From positions 180,001 through 212,000 of the forward strand of contig NC_018267.1 of assembly GCF_000306885.1 (NCBI RefSeq): a DNA stretch of 32,000 nt, given 5' to 3'. The notes below the pieces were generated by a model, which ran no database searches, was not told where the DNA came from, and saw nothing but the letters and a program-made list of their open reading frames with translations. The position numbers and the translations under genes are program-made. The DNA comes from Wolbachia endosymbiont of Onchocerca ochengi. GTDB lineage: Bacteria; Pseudomonadota; Alphaproteobacteria; Rickettsiales; Anaplasmataceae. This document shows, piece after piece, positions 1-10,832 of this stretch. Position 1 is the first letter of the stretch. The number at the start of each line of letters is the position of its first letter.

Positions 1-2
1 GC

Positions 3-578
3 TTAATTATCTTCATTATTATTTTATGTATAACAATCTCAATAACTAGGGGCTTTATAAAAGAGTTATGTGCGTTAATATTTTTATCCTCATCAATCTT
101 TTTAACAATTAATCATTATGACTTCTTCACTATAAATTACAGTAAATATTTTGATTCTAAAGCTATACAGAATATACTTTCCATAGTTTCTGTATTTATT
201 ATACTTAACTTCATATTTATGGTAATAAACAACTGGCTGATGTACATATTATCACCTATAAGGCTAGGGTTAATCGACAGAGTTACTGGGATCTGTATTG
301 GAACACTTAGAGGAATACTGCTTTCCCACATATTATTCTTCGTTGTACACTTATATTGCTATATAGCATATGACAAAAAAGAGGAAAAATCAAAAATAGA
401 GACAGAAGAAATATTACCCAATTGGATAATAAGATCGCACTCTTATCAAGCTCTATTTGTAACAATAGAAAACATAGTTGATATGTATATACCAGAGTCA
501 TTGATACTAAAAATCAAAGAAATTGGAGAAGAAATGACTGATCAAGAAAAGTCTAAAAGTAATAAGAAAGAAAAGTAA
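3..578 (+). CDS. cvpA: CvpA family membrane protein, 5' end truncated by the window edge
   Basis: The listed ORF 219..578 starts at an internal Met. The same frame is open from base 3 and reads LIIFIIILCITISITRGFIKELCALIFLSSSIFLTINHYDFF...FMVINNWLMYILSPIRLGLIDRVTGICIGTLRGILLSHILFFVV. The RGF-x-KE motif, hydrophobic helices and 'LxDRxxGxxxGxxRG' motif are typical of CvpA. Confidence 0.78.
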   Translation, partial: LIIFIIILCITISITRGFIKELCALIFLSSSIFLTINHYDFFTINYSKYFDSKAIQNILSIVSVFIILNFIFMVINNWLMYILSPIRLGLIDRVTGICIGTLRGILLSHILFFVVHLYCYIAYDKKEEKSKIETEEILPNWIIRSHSYQALFVTIENIVDMYIPESLILKIKEIGEEMTDQEKSKSNKKEK

Positions 579-734
579 TAATCATATCTATGAAGCAATA
601 ATCGATGCTATTTATTTAGCAGCAATTTTTTTTGATCAACATAATTAGCCTCCAGCTCACTAGCAGTCTTTTCCTATTATGAGTTAAACTAAAAATCTCG
701 TAATATATTAAAGCTCAAAGAAATATCTTTTAAT

Positions 735-1184
735 ATGGAAGTTATTACAGAAAATAGAAAAGCAAAGTTTGAATATTTTATCTTAGAAGAATTTGAAGCA
801 GGCATGGTTTTGTTAAGTAGTGAAGTTAAATCGCTAAGGGAAAGAAAAGTAAACATTTCTGACGCTTACGTCATTGAAAAAAATGGTGAAATATGGCTAC
901 ACAACATGCATATTGCAGAATATAAAGACGCAAACCGAAAAAATCATAAGACAAAAAGAGAACGTAAACTGCTTCTGCACAAAAAAGAGATAAATAAATT
1001 AATTAGCCAGATTAAGACTGCTGGAATAACTGTTATACCAATTTCAATTTATTTTAATTGTAAAGGATTAGCAAAAACTAAAATTGCTATCGTGAAAGGA
1101 AAAAAACTTTACGACAAGAGAGTAACCATAAAACAAAGAGAATGGAATCGTGAAAAAAGCAGATTGTTTAAAAATAACTTGTAG
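735..1184 (+). CDS. smpB: SsrA-binding protein SmpB
   Basis: 149 aa; typical SmpB features: N-terminal NRKAKFEYFILEEFEAGMVLLSSEVKSLRERKVNISDAYV and C-terminal GLAKTKIAIVKGKKLYDKR basic tail. Confidence 0.96.
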   Translation: MEVITENRKAKFEYFILEEFEAGMVLLSSEVKSLRERKVNISDAYVIEKNGEIWLHNMHIAEYKDANRKNHKTKRERKLLLHKKEINKLISQIKTAGITVIPISIYFNCKGLAKTKIAIVKGKKLYDKRVTIKQREWNREKSRLFKNNL

Positions 1185-1190
1185 CAAAAT

Positions 1191-1979
1191 ATGTCTTTAA
1201 ACCCAGTAATTTTCAGAATTGGTTCTATCTCTATATATTGGTATTCTCTAGCATATGTTCTTGGTATAGTATTTGCACACTGGTATTTATATAAGCTAGA
1301 TAACCAAAAGGTATTTACCAAAAACTTTCACAACTCATTATTAACAGCAACTATCATAGGAGTTATCCTTGGAGGAAGGCTTGGTTACATATTGATATAT
1401 GATTTAAGTTATTATGTAAGCAACCCTATTGAGATATTAAAAACCTGGAAAGGAGGTATGTCGTTCCACGGTGGTGCCATAGGAGTTTTTCTTGCGGTAA
1501 TAATTTTGTGTAAAAGATATAACATTCCCATATTTTATACATTGGATCTAATTTCCTGCGGAGTCCCTGTAGGTTTATTTTTAGGTCGTATAGGCAATTT
1601 TATAAATGGAGAGCTATTTGGCAGAACTACGACTATACCATGGGGTATAATATTTCCAGAAAGCGATAATTTACCGCGTCATCCGAGCCAAATTTATGAG
1701 GCATTTTTTGAAGGATTACTGCTTTTCATAGCTATGAATCTACTGTTTTTCTTGACTAGAATAAGACTATATTGTGGTGTGTTAACTAGCATCGCAGCTA
1801 TGTGGTACGGAATAGCACGTTTTATAGTTGAGTTTTTCCGTGAGCCAGATTATCAAGTCGGCTACTTATGGCTTGGTTTAACCATGGGACAGTTACTTTC
1901 AGTACCCATGATTTTGCTGGGAACAATCTTACTTTTGAGTGCGCTAAATTTGAAATTTACGAGCATAGAAAAAAGGTAA
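1191..1979 (+). CDS. lgt: Prolipoprotein diacylglyceryl transferase
   Basis: 262 aa; Lgt motifs GGRLGY, GGMSFHGGAIG, GRIGNFINGELFGR, HPSQIYEAFFEG and a multi-TM profile. Confidence 0.96.
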   Translation: MSLNPVIFRIGSISIYWYSLAYVLGIVFAHWYLYKLDNQKVFTKNFHNSLLTATIIGVILGGRLGYILIYDLSYYVSNPIEILKTWKGGMSFHGGAIGVFLAVIILCKRYNIPIFYTLDLISCGVPVGLFLGRIGNFINGELFGRTTTIPWGIIFPESDNLPRHPSQIYEAFFEGLLLFIAMNLLFFLTRIRLYCGVLTSIAAMWYGIARFIVEFFREPDYQVGYLWLGLTMGQLLSVPMILLGTILLLSALNLKFTSIEKR

Positions 1980-2288
1980 ACTTGACTAGAAAACATTTTC
2001 CCTACGTAAGTTAAAGATTGTAGCCTTACCATTTTAAAAATCTTATAACATAAGAATTTCTAATATATTATCTAGATGAATAAATATGTTTAAAAGCCTT
2101 GTTCAGAACATCATGTAGAAAGAAACAAAGAAATATTCTAATGAAAAAGCTAAGCTTCAAGGTTTGATCAGTTAATATTACAACTATATTTACGAAAATA
2201 AACTGATTTGTTTTTTTATACACATAATTTAGTAAATAACAAATAGGAAAGCTATCTATTTTAAAAATTATCAATATTAATTTCCTAG

Positions 2289-2306
2289 AAGCCTGAAAAC
2301 AGGCTT
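2289..2306. other. Short perfect hairpin AAGCCTG-AAAA-CAGGCTT in a gene-poor region
   Basis: 7-bp perfect stem with AAAA tetraloop. No U-tract on either side, so not a standard intrinsic terminator. Confidence 0.4.
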
Positions 2307-4917
2307 AAAGAATAATCCACAAATATCTCCTTCAAAGAAGTTATTAAGATTTTATGAAAAAGATAATTACATTATTATTACATCGTGCTATCATCTCTAT
2401 GAAAGAGATAATTAACATTGATATATTCATAATATTGTTCGATTTAACATTAAGAATAATTAATGCTGACAATATTATTACACATCATTATTAAAACATC
2501 ATAGTAGTGAGTCTCATCATAGCAAAGTAGTAAATTCTAAAGCATACAGGTCAAACGGAAAAAATAACTATGAGTCTGACAATTACCGTTATTATTTAGA
2601 TAATGGCAACTCGGACTGTGAAATAAATAATATTATTAAGATAATAGCTTAAAATACTTTAGAAATATTAGATAAAGGACACATGGAATTAGTACATTCA
2701 ATTCAAGTAAAATTATTCAGTACAGCTAACCCAGTAAAGATTTCTACAAAGTGATGTGGAAGTGTAATCATATCTACTACTAAGCAATAAAAGTTGACTC
2801 TGTTTTCAGAGTCTAGGAAAATCCTACTTATCTTAGTTATAGGGAACAGAATTACTGTTTATACACTAGTTACAAAACGTAGATAAGGAGGTTCCAGTAA
2901 CTTCAGACAATTAATATTAAAGAGCATTTATCATACAGTTCTTCTCGAATATGGCTGATTTTATTGCATAAGAAAAGTATTAATAGAGTAAAAAAGAACC
3001 AAAAAAAACGTGAACATACGCTGTAAAATGAATCTTTCAAGGGAGATTATGTTATAAAGATGGTAGCAAGTAATAGCAACAAATTTCATTGCGGTATTTT
3101 ATCTATTTTAGTTTAAGAAAAAAACAAGTAGGAAATTGTGGAAAGGCCTCTTACATAAAAGATAAGTTTTTGCGATAAATAACAAGATCACTTCTACAAT
3201 CCAAACACCTTGTTAAGTGGATATAAAAAAGCTTCTATCAGTCCAAAATAAAAATCTTTATAGTTCAAAAATTGTGCAGTGATAGTGAGTTTTTATAAAA
3301 GGTATAATCATAAGCAACATTAAATAATTTTTTAATCAAATCTACCAGAAGTAGCAACATAAAAGCTGTAAAATTAACTTTAAATATTAATAAATAATAA
3401 ATTTTTCAAAAAAAATTCTCCTAAAAATTAATCCTCTTAGAAACATAGAATCATCTAATATAAATAATAACCAAATTTTAAAACTTACTTTAGAACACCC
3501 AGCAAACAAATTTTGATTGGTGACGTAAAATAGTATTACTCATTAACGCTGACGCAAACGCTAATGCGATAGGCGGAACAATGATACAATAATAAGTACA
3601 ATTTATAAACATAAAAGAACATTTGCTTACAAGTAAAGAGTATCGGTGCAAGTTAGAAAGTTTTTCATAGAATATAGAGAAAAATACTACTAGTGCTTAG
3701 CGAATTAATAATACGTAGTGTAATATCTAAAAATAACAAAAAAAGAAGAATACATTAAAGATTTACAAAAAAAAGAATGGCTTTGATAAACTTAAAGAAG
3801 TAGTAAAATTGAAACTTAAAGTTATTCAGCTAAGTAGCTGTAAGATAGTATCTAAAAAATCTCCTAGAACTTTCGAGTATGAGGAAAGAGAACTAGCTAT
3901 AATGCTTTGTTTTCGAAAGATTCCATTTACACTGAGATGTACAAATCTAATGGACAGTAACTCATTAAAAGAAAACAATCATTTAAACATATCAAAAAAA
4001 TTTATTTACGTTGAAGTATATAACTTACATAAAAAACTTATCAAAAATTTGTCTGGAAGACAGTAATTATTTTAATGTACCAAAAAGACATTTATTTAGT
4101 ATACCGGTAGATGCTCTTCAGAGCAAAAAAGAGTAAATGAAACTAAATGAACAAAACTCTAATAGCCAATAAATTAGCAACAGATTAGTAATCAAAAAGT
4201 TGATACCGAAGTTGATCTCAATATAAAAGAAATAAAACAAAAACATGGAAGCAAGAATTCAGGTTACGGTTCTTGTTATGAATTTAGTACAAAAGTTAAA
4301 CTATTAAGAATAAAACCTAAAACCCCTAAACTCTAAGATAAATTCTGCTAATACTGAGTATGCAATAGAAAAAGGTGTTTATGTCATAAAAACAATTAAA
4401 GCGTCCGTTTGGCAGTTTAGCAGAAAAATTTTCAAAATAAGTATAATCGTTAAAATAAAAGACGTAGAAATGTGGTCCTCTTAAAGGTAAAAAATGATTA
4501 TTAAAATCCATACAACGCTTTTTCTAGCTATGCCATTGAAGACACCTATAAGAAATCTACTAAACGGAGAAAAAAAAGACTAAAGAAACCTCAGAGCTAA
4601 ACCTATTAAAAAATTTGATATCCACTGTCTTAAATACTTTATAAGCATAATTTCATGCTTATATGAATAAAAATCTAGAAATCTAAATAAAACTTATAAA
4701 GATATAAAGTAAGCATAATGTAAAAAATTAAATATTAAGAGACTAGCTACACAATAGCTTCAGCTTTATGGTAAAGAGAACTAGCAAAATTTATTAAGTT
4801 ATTTTCTCCATTTTGACATGTCTAACGCACTTCTAAAGTGTTATGCAAGAAGGTCTATTGACTTTCAACACACTTTCATCTATATTATTTTAATATCCTA
4901 AAACTAAACTACCTCAC

Positions 4918-6090
4918 ATGCCCGATTTAAAGACAATGATGCTAAATTTTGGACCTCAACACCCAGCTGCACATGGGGTATTACGCCTTGTTTTAGAGAT
5001 GGATGGCGAAGTGATTGAAAGAGCCGATCCTCATATCGGTCTTTTACACCGCGGTACTGAAAAATTAATAGAACACAAAACGTATCTTCAAGCTTTGCCT
5101 TATTTTGATCGCCTTGATTATGTATCACCAATGTCACAAGAGCATGCATATTCATTGTGTGTAGAAAAATTACTGCAATGTGAAGTTCCAATTAGGGCAA
5201 AATATTTGCGTGTTCTGTTTTGTGAATTAACAAGAATACTCAACCACTTACTTAATATTTCCTCACAAGCACTTGACGTTGGAGCAATGACTCCTCTTTT
5301 ATGGCTCTTTGAAGAGAGGGAAAAAATACTGGAGTTTTACGAGAGAGCTTCAGGAGCAAGGTTTCACGCAGCTTATATCAGACCAGGTGGAATTGCAGCA
5401 GATGTTCCAGAAGGTTTAATTGAGGATATTGCAAAGTTTATAGAGCAGTTTCCAAAGTATATAGATGATGTTGATGATCTCTTAACAGAAAATAGAATAT
5501 GGAAGCAACGCACTGTAGGAATCAGTAAAATGTCAATTAAACAGGTTCTTGACTGGGGCTTCAGCGGCCCAATGTTGCGTGCCGCTGGACTTGCTTGGGA
5601 TTTACGAAAAAGTCAGCCATATGAAGTATATGATCAACTAGATTTTGATATACCAATCGGTCGAAACGGTGACTGTTATGACCGTTATTTAGTGAGGATG
5701 GAAGAAATTAGACAGTCTACTAGCTTAGTAAAACAGTGCATAGAAAAAATGCCTAGAGGGCCAGTAAAAACTGAAGATAGAAAAATCTCTCCACCACCAA
5801 GAGCAGAAATGAAAAAATCTATGGAAGCTCTAATTCACCATTTTAAGCTTTACTCAGAAGGGTACCATGTACCAGAAGGTGAGACTTACGCAGCTGTTGA
5901 GGCACCAAAAGGTGAGTTCGGAGTGTATATAGTTTCGGATGGAACTAACCAACCATATAGATGCCGAATAAGAGCACCTGGCTTTGCACATCTACAAGCC
6001 TTAGATTTCATGGCAAAAGGACACATGCTTTCTGATATTGCGGCAATCATTGGTTCACTTGATATAGTTTTTGGTGAGATTGACAGGTAG
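4918..6090 (+). CDS. nuoD: NADH-quinone oxidoreductase subunit D
   Basis: 390 aa; [49 protein letters not shown] and C-terminal DIVFGEIDR. Confidence 0.98.
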   Translation: MPDLKTMMLNFGPQHPAAHGVLRLVLEMDGEVIERADPHIGLLHRGTEKLIEHKTYLQALPYFDRLDYVSPMSQEHAYSLCVEKLLQCEVPIRAKYLRVLFCELTRILNHLLNISSQALDVGAMTPLLWLFEEREKILEFYERASGARFHAAYIRPGGIAADVPEGLIEDIAKFIEQFPKYIDDVDDLLTENRIWKQRTVGISKMSIKQVLDWGFSGPMLRAAGLAWDLRKSQPYEVYDQLDFDIPIGRNGDCYDRYLVRMEEIRQSTSLVKQCIEKMPRGPVKTEDRKISPPPRAEMKKSMEALIHHFKLYSEGYHVPEGETYAAVEAPKGEFGVYIVSDGTNQPYRCRIRAPGFAHLQALDFMAKGHMLSDIAAIIGSLDIVFGEIDR

Positions 6091-6225
6091 GTTTTTAGCT
6101 ATACTTAGCTATAAGTAAAGTTAATTTTTTTATCGTTTATACGACTTAGGTTATCTTTTACTACTTTGCTGAACAAAAAGAAATTTGTGCCCATTATTTA
6201 TAGACACTATATTTATACTAACCAC

Positions 6226-7029
6226 TTATCTCCTTATTAAAGACATATCTTCATTAAATAAGCAAACTGTGCTTGACCCCTTTCTTAAGGTAAATACAGA
6301 GCCTACTTTCTCAAGTATAAGATAATCATCAACTACACGAAAATTTATTAGAGATTCATACCCTTCAGAATTAACCATAAAGATTGCTGGAAAGTCAGAA
6401 TTTATCTTATTAAACTGCAGATACGTGAATTTCCCGTCATCAAAGACTTTAGTTGGTACTATCGACTCACTACCCTTAATATGTGAGATAGAATAATTAA
6501 AATTTAAGCCTTTTTTTGCAACTTCAATATCATTCATATCAGGAACAGTGGTAGGACTAGCTTGTTCAAGAATATCACCATTATCGGTTGTGTAGATTTC
6601 TTCACTATTAAATAGTGGGTAAAGAAACCTCACTTCATATGCTAACCTCGGATCATCTAATCCAGTTGCTTCCTCAGCATGAAATTCAAAGTAATAAACT
6701 CTTTTATTAGTAATAATAGTTGCATTAGTATCAGCAATATCATCTATAGGTTTGATAAATAACCTATTACCATGAGAAACAAGCTGCCAACCAGTCGAAT
6801 CGCCCATTGAAAGGTTCTGTATCACTTCACCTGGTTCAAACAGTATACTCGACTGATAACCGTAAAAACCTGTGTATTTATGTATAGCCTGTGGATTATA
6901 ATTTATTACCTTTATATGACTGTCTGCAGCTATTGAACGTGGTTCCTGTTTCGCAAATGTATCACCACTACAAAAAAACACCAATACTATAAATAATAAA
7001 CTAATCATAATATTTAAATTGTATACCAA
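6226..7029 (-). CDS. virB9: VirB9/TrbG/CagX-family type IV secretion component
   Basis: 267 aa with signal-peptide-like N terminus. Includes 'ADSHIKVINYNPQAIHKYTGFYGYQSSILFEPGEVIQNLSMGDSTGWQLVSHGNRLFIKP', the VirB9 N-domain pattern, and 'FNYSISH' followed by 'PTKVFDDGKFTYLQF' (C-domain). Confidence 0.88.
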   Translation of the reverse strand: MVYNLNIMISLLFIVLVFFCSGDTFAKQEPRSIAADSHIKVINYNPQAIHKYTGFYGYQSSILFEPGEVIQNLSMGDSTGWQLVSHGNRLFIKPIDDIADTNATIITNKRVYYFEFHAEEATGLDDPRLAYEVRFLYPLFNSEEIYTTDNGDILEQASPTTVPDMNDIEVAKKGLNFNYSISHIKGSESIVPTKVFDDGKFTYLQFNKINSDFPAIFMVNSEGYESLINFRVVDDYLILEKVGSVFTLRKGSSTVCLFNEDMSLIRR

Positions 7030-7102
7030 TCATTATTTTATCATTGAAAAGTATTTACTTCAACTGTCAAGGCATTATCTTATACGACATTTGTATAATA
7101 TC

Positions 7103-7690
7103 TTAAGCAATTGTACAATTTATTGCTTCTTTAAACTCATCAATCAGAGTTTCTATACTTTTCAGTAAATCAGATTTAAATTCTATATACTCTTTACCTT
7201 TTAAATGGTATATAATCTTAAAGTTTATATACATGTAGTACTTGTCTATTAAAGGTGCGAATAAAAAATCAGAATCTTTTTTAGCACATTTTGTGTACTC
7301 TTACTATTATTCTCCCTGTAAATTTTGATCACCAAACAATGGAATGTCTTACGTGATTTACATATACTCAAATTTGGTATGTTCTACCTGTTTTCAAAAC
7401 ATATTTTACTAACCCTGCTTGTTCTATAGTTTTCTACACTGAATAACGGGCAATTGCCAATCCCCCTCCCGTCCACTACTGCTACACACATACCATTTCT
7501 TTACTATCACGTTTGGAGTGATATTAGTTTTTATGGTTCCTTAGTTAGATGATATCCCAAAACACTGTTAAATATTCCCTCTTTAACTTAACTTAATAAT
7601 AACTCGGACAAAAAGCTATAAACTTCGTCATCTTTTATAAATTACCATCAGCTCACTAGTATCTTTATCAAGCCTATAAACAATTCCTAA
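7103..7690 (-). pseudogene. Decayed RluA-family pseudouridine synthase (RluC/RluD-like)
   Basis: Fragments on the minus strand in the expected order, separated by stops and frameshifts: GIVYRLDKDTSELMVIYKR* (about 7687-7628), GTIKTNITPN, KTIEQAGLVKYVLKTGRTYQI*VYVNHVRHSIV (about 7430-7336; canonical TGRTHQIRVHLxHxGHP), FGDQNLQGE, and C-terminal YMYINFKIIYHLKGKEYIEFKSDLLKSIETLIDEFKEAINCTIA* ending at 7103. Confidence 0.85.
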
Positions 7691-8406
7691 TCTTCTATTT
7701 CTTACTTATCAATATACTTTATAGCAAAAGAAGTTAATTAAATTGTTCGAAGAAAGAACAACATAAACAAAAACATAAGCTAGCATTAATCATAAACTAA
7801 AAATATCTGTAATTTAACTAAAACTGCTATGGTTTATTATTACTGCGATAACATAATAAGCTAAGAAAAATTGAAGCCAAGCACTCATAGCCATGTGAGC
7901 AGAGTGTTATTTACTTACAGACTACTTCTTTGTTGCACATTATATCTTAAGAAAATAACCAATAATATCATCTAATTTTTAATTAGAACCTACCTTCAAT
8001 TTGAAAAGGTATTTTTAAGTACTTAAGCCCATAAATTCCCCGTATCTTCACTACCAATTATACACTAATAATAGCATTAAACTAATCTTTTTTACTTGCG
8101 CTAAAACCTACTCGAGCACATTTTATTAATTTCTACACCATAATTTACTAACCAAATTGAATGTGAGCTATGTTTTTAGGTTAGCATATTTAACAATTTT
8201 AGTACTATAAACTAAATAATTAAACTTGCTTAATTAAATTATTAAGTCAATTCTATCACAATTTTCTATAATATCTTTTTTCTATGAACCAGCAGCATTA
8301 ACTTGTCATTCACTTTCGTTATATACACAGCAGTGATCACTACAATTGAGCCCTTTGTTTGAGTTATTATATTTAGCACGATTAAAAATTTGACTCTACC
8401 AATTTA

Positions 8407-9200
8407 CTTTACCAATGCTTTGATAGCAAAGCTCCTGCTTTTCCCAGCAAGAGATATTAAATTATCACTCTTTTTAACAGCAATATTCCCAGCACTGACT
8501 AAGATATCAGGAGCCCCTATTATATATAGGACCAGAGAAAATACCAAGTACAATAAAAAAAATTCCAAAGAAACTCGAATTTCTTTTCCATAAATATAGC
8601 TAAAATAACCTAAATACCTATGATAATAATTAATAACACAGGAAAAACCCCGAATAGGAACAGAACTAAATATTGAAAACTAGCAATTGTATCTATTCTA
8701 TATATTGAATACTATCAATTAAGCACTCTACAAGCAGAGCCATAATCTACTTAATACATCTAAAGGAATCAACAAATATAAATTACTTCGCTTAAAATAA
8801 TAAGCAACATAACTATATTAGTACAGTAGCTAAATTTGTGATAATAATATTCGTTGAGAAATAATTAAAATTATCCATTGTATATATAACAGTCGCTAAG
8901 CTTGCTATTGCTGAACTAGTGAGATATTTTACATTATTTTCATCATAAATAACCTATTGACATTGATTAAATTTAATAAATAGTATCAATACAGTGAAAA
9001 TGATATCTAAAAATCAGGTTTTAAAATTGCTTTTGGTTCTCTATTAAGAATCACCGAAGCAGCAAACATAATCACTATTAACCTTTGATATTTCCCTCCT
9101 TATTATTGCAACGAGTACCAAAACGACTATAGTTTCTCAATCTATTTTTGTCTTCCTCACCAATCAGTAATGTGGAAATCACGCCTGTATGTGTTTTTTT
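8407..9200 (-). pseudogene. comEC: Decayed ComEC/Rec2-family competence (DNA uptake channel) gene
   Basis: Minus-strand fragments in ComEC order: TGVISTLLIGEEDK (near 9190-9145), KYLTSSAIASLATVIYTMDNFNYFSTNIIITNLATVLI* (about 8935-8820), LFGVFPVLLIIIIGI*VILAIF (about 8675-8590), and C-terminal GAPDILVSAGNIAVKKSDNLISLAGKSRSFAIKALVK* (about 8520-8407). Stops and frameshifts interrupt the fragments. The 5' boundary is uncertain. Confidence 0.72.
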
Positions 9201-10040
9201 AACATTGTCCTACAGGCTTTCATAAATGAATTGAAGAAAAAGATTCTATGCTCTAGCATTTTTTTACAGAACTATTTTGCTTATTGCAAAATCTGTAGCA
9301 CTTATTTTCTGACAACAAGTCATTCTTGCAAAAAAATATGTACATCCCAAAAGGCATAAAACCTTCAAATAGAAAAGTCTCATTGATAATTTTACTTGAT
9401 TGTCTATTTTAATACCTTCTTTCTACCTCTTAGCTCTAATTGATATTTCTTATGTTGTTTAAAGCAACGTGCAGTCTCATATTCTAGTACATAACACTAA
9501 AATCCACAAGTTTTTCTCTAAATCTTAGTACTTATACACTCGAACAACAGAAGAAAGTTTTTTAATAAAGAGCAAAAATTATCTATGTGAAACCTCATTA
9601 TTAATATACTATAGCAACGACACTTTTCATACAACTTTTCTTACCAAGAATTTAAATATCAACTAAAGCTGTTTTTTTTAGTTTATCCAGCCGTAAAACT
9701 CTATGAACGTAATGCCAATCAAAGAGACACACAATACCGTGTACTCTTACAAAAAAGTACAACCAAGATCAACACAAATAAAAGTAGAAGAAAAACAGAT
9801 ACAGTAAAAACATAGCTATGTTTAGAATTCAAAGAGAAATAAACTAAGATCTATACACACTGGCATATATAAGAAAACCTTAGCATCAAATTATGTTCCT
9901 CATTGTACATATAGATTGTTAGATATATAACTAATAATTGTATTAAGAAAAGTTAATAAATACATAAAACATATATTATGAGGTAATTTTATTCTTTTAT
10001 TTTCTATTATTTATATATATAATATCTAAATAGACAACGG

Positions 10041-10114
<74 letters not shown>

Positions 10115-10745
10115 CTTTATATCTACATCTAAAAAAATATTTTTTCTTGCTTAATCAAGCCAACCTTAATGATAATAAGGAATTAAAGCTCTGCAGAAAA
10201 TTATATAAAAGAAACTAAAAGATTTTTAATGCTTCTTGCTACATTATCAAGAGTTGCGATAGAGGCTTGCAAGTTTTGAATTAAGTTTTACAGCTTTATC
10301 ATCTTTGATCATAAGTGAGTTATTACCACCATTTGCAATATTATTTTATACATATTGTGCATATAACAATATACAAAAAAGGAATATTCTTCACAAAAGA
10401 CTTTCTATATATACTTGGTTTATACACTGCAGGACCGCAATCTGAGTTGGTCTCTTGCTGCATCTACAGCTGCTATTTCCTATAGCATAATGCTTAAAAT
10501 GTACCATTAGCTTTATAAAACAGGTATGGTGATAGGAGCTTCACAGTACTAATCGTAGGATCTTTTGTAACAAAATACATCATTGAACCAGTAGCTGAAA
10601 AAGTGAACAAGTACATTATATATTACCTACAATTAAACATTTTTCTTCAAAAGAAAAAGGATATAAGATAGTTTAAACTAAGGTGTTTTATATTATTCCA
10701 GTGTACTATAGAAGCACAGCATAGCTGGCCACAAATACTTGTTTC

Positions 10746-10771
10746 AAAGACAGTATATTATAGCTGTCTTT
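10746..10771. other. Inverted repeat AAAGACAG...CTGTCTTT downstream of pdxH (weak terminator candidate)
   Basis: Perfect 8-bp arms (10746-10753 and 10764-10771) with a 10-nt loop, about 60 nt 3' of the pdxH stop. No strong U-tract. Confidence 0.3.
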
Positions 10772-10832
10772 ATCTTATTCCCTAGTGAAAATCATTATTA
10801 AATCATAGTGTTCATACAGTTGTGTTACATGG

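Noticed and set aside
3809-4066. 85-aa ORF MKLKVIQLSSCKIVSKKSPRTF...
   Set aside because: No recognisable domain, conserved neighbour or clear ribosome-binding context. It could be a relic or chance ORF, so I did not call it as a gene.
4813-4844. Promoter-like TTGACA upstream of nuoD
   Set aside because: A TTGACA hexamer exists at 4813-4818, but the best -10 like hexamer is at non-optimal spacing and AT-rich DNA gives many chance matches.
8390-8593. 67-aa + strand ORF MTLPIYFTNALIAKLLLFPARD...
   Set aside because: Antisense to the minus-strand ComEC-like C-terminal fragment, which gives a better explanation.
10549-10671. Fragment resembling an AbgT-type transporter terminal helix (GSFVTKYIIEP)
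   Set aside because: Too short, and opposite-strand readings in the same area are also plausible. Kept only as a low-interest decay observation, not a named pseudogene.
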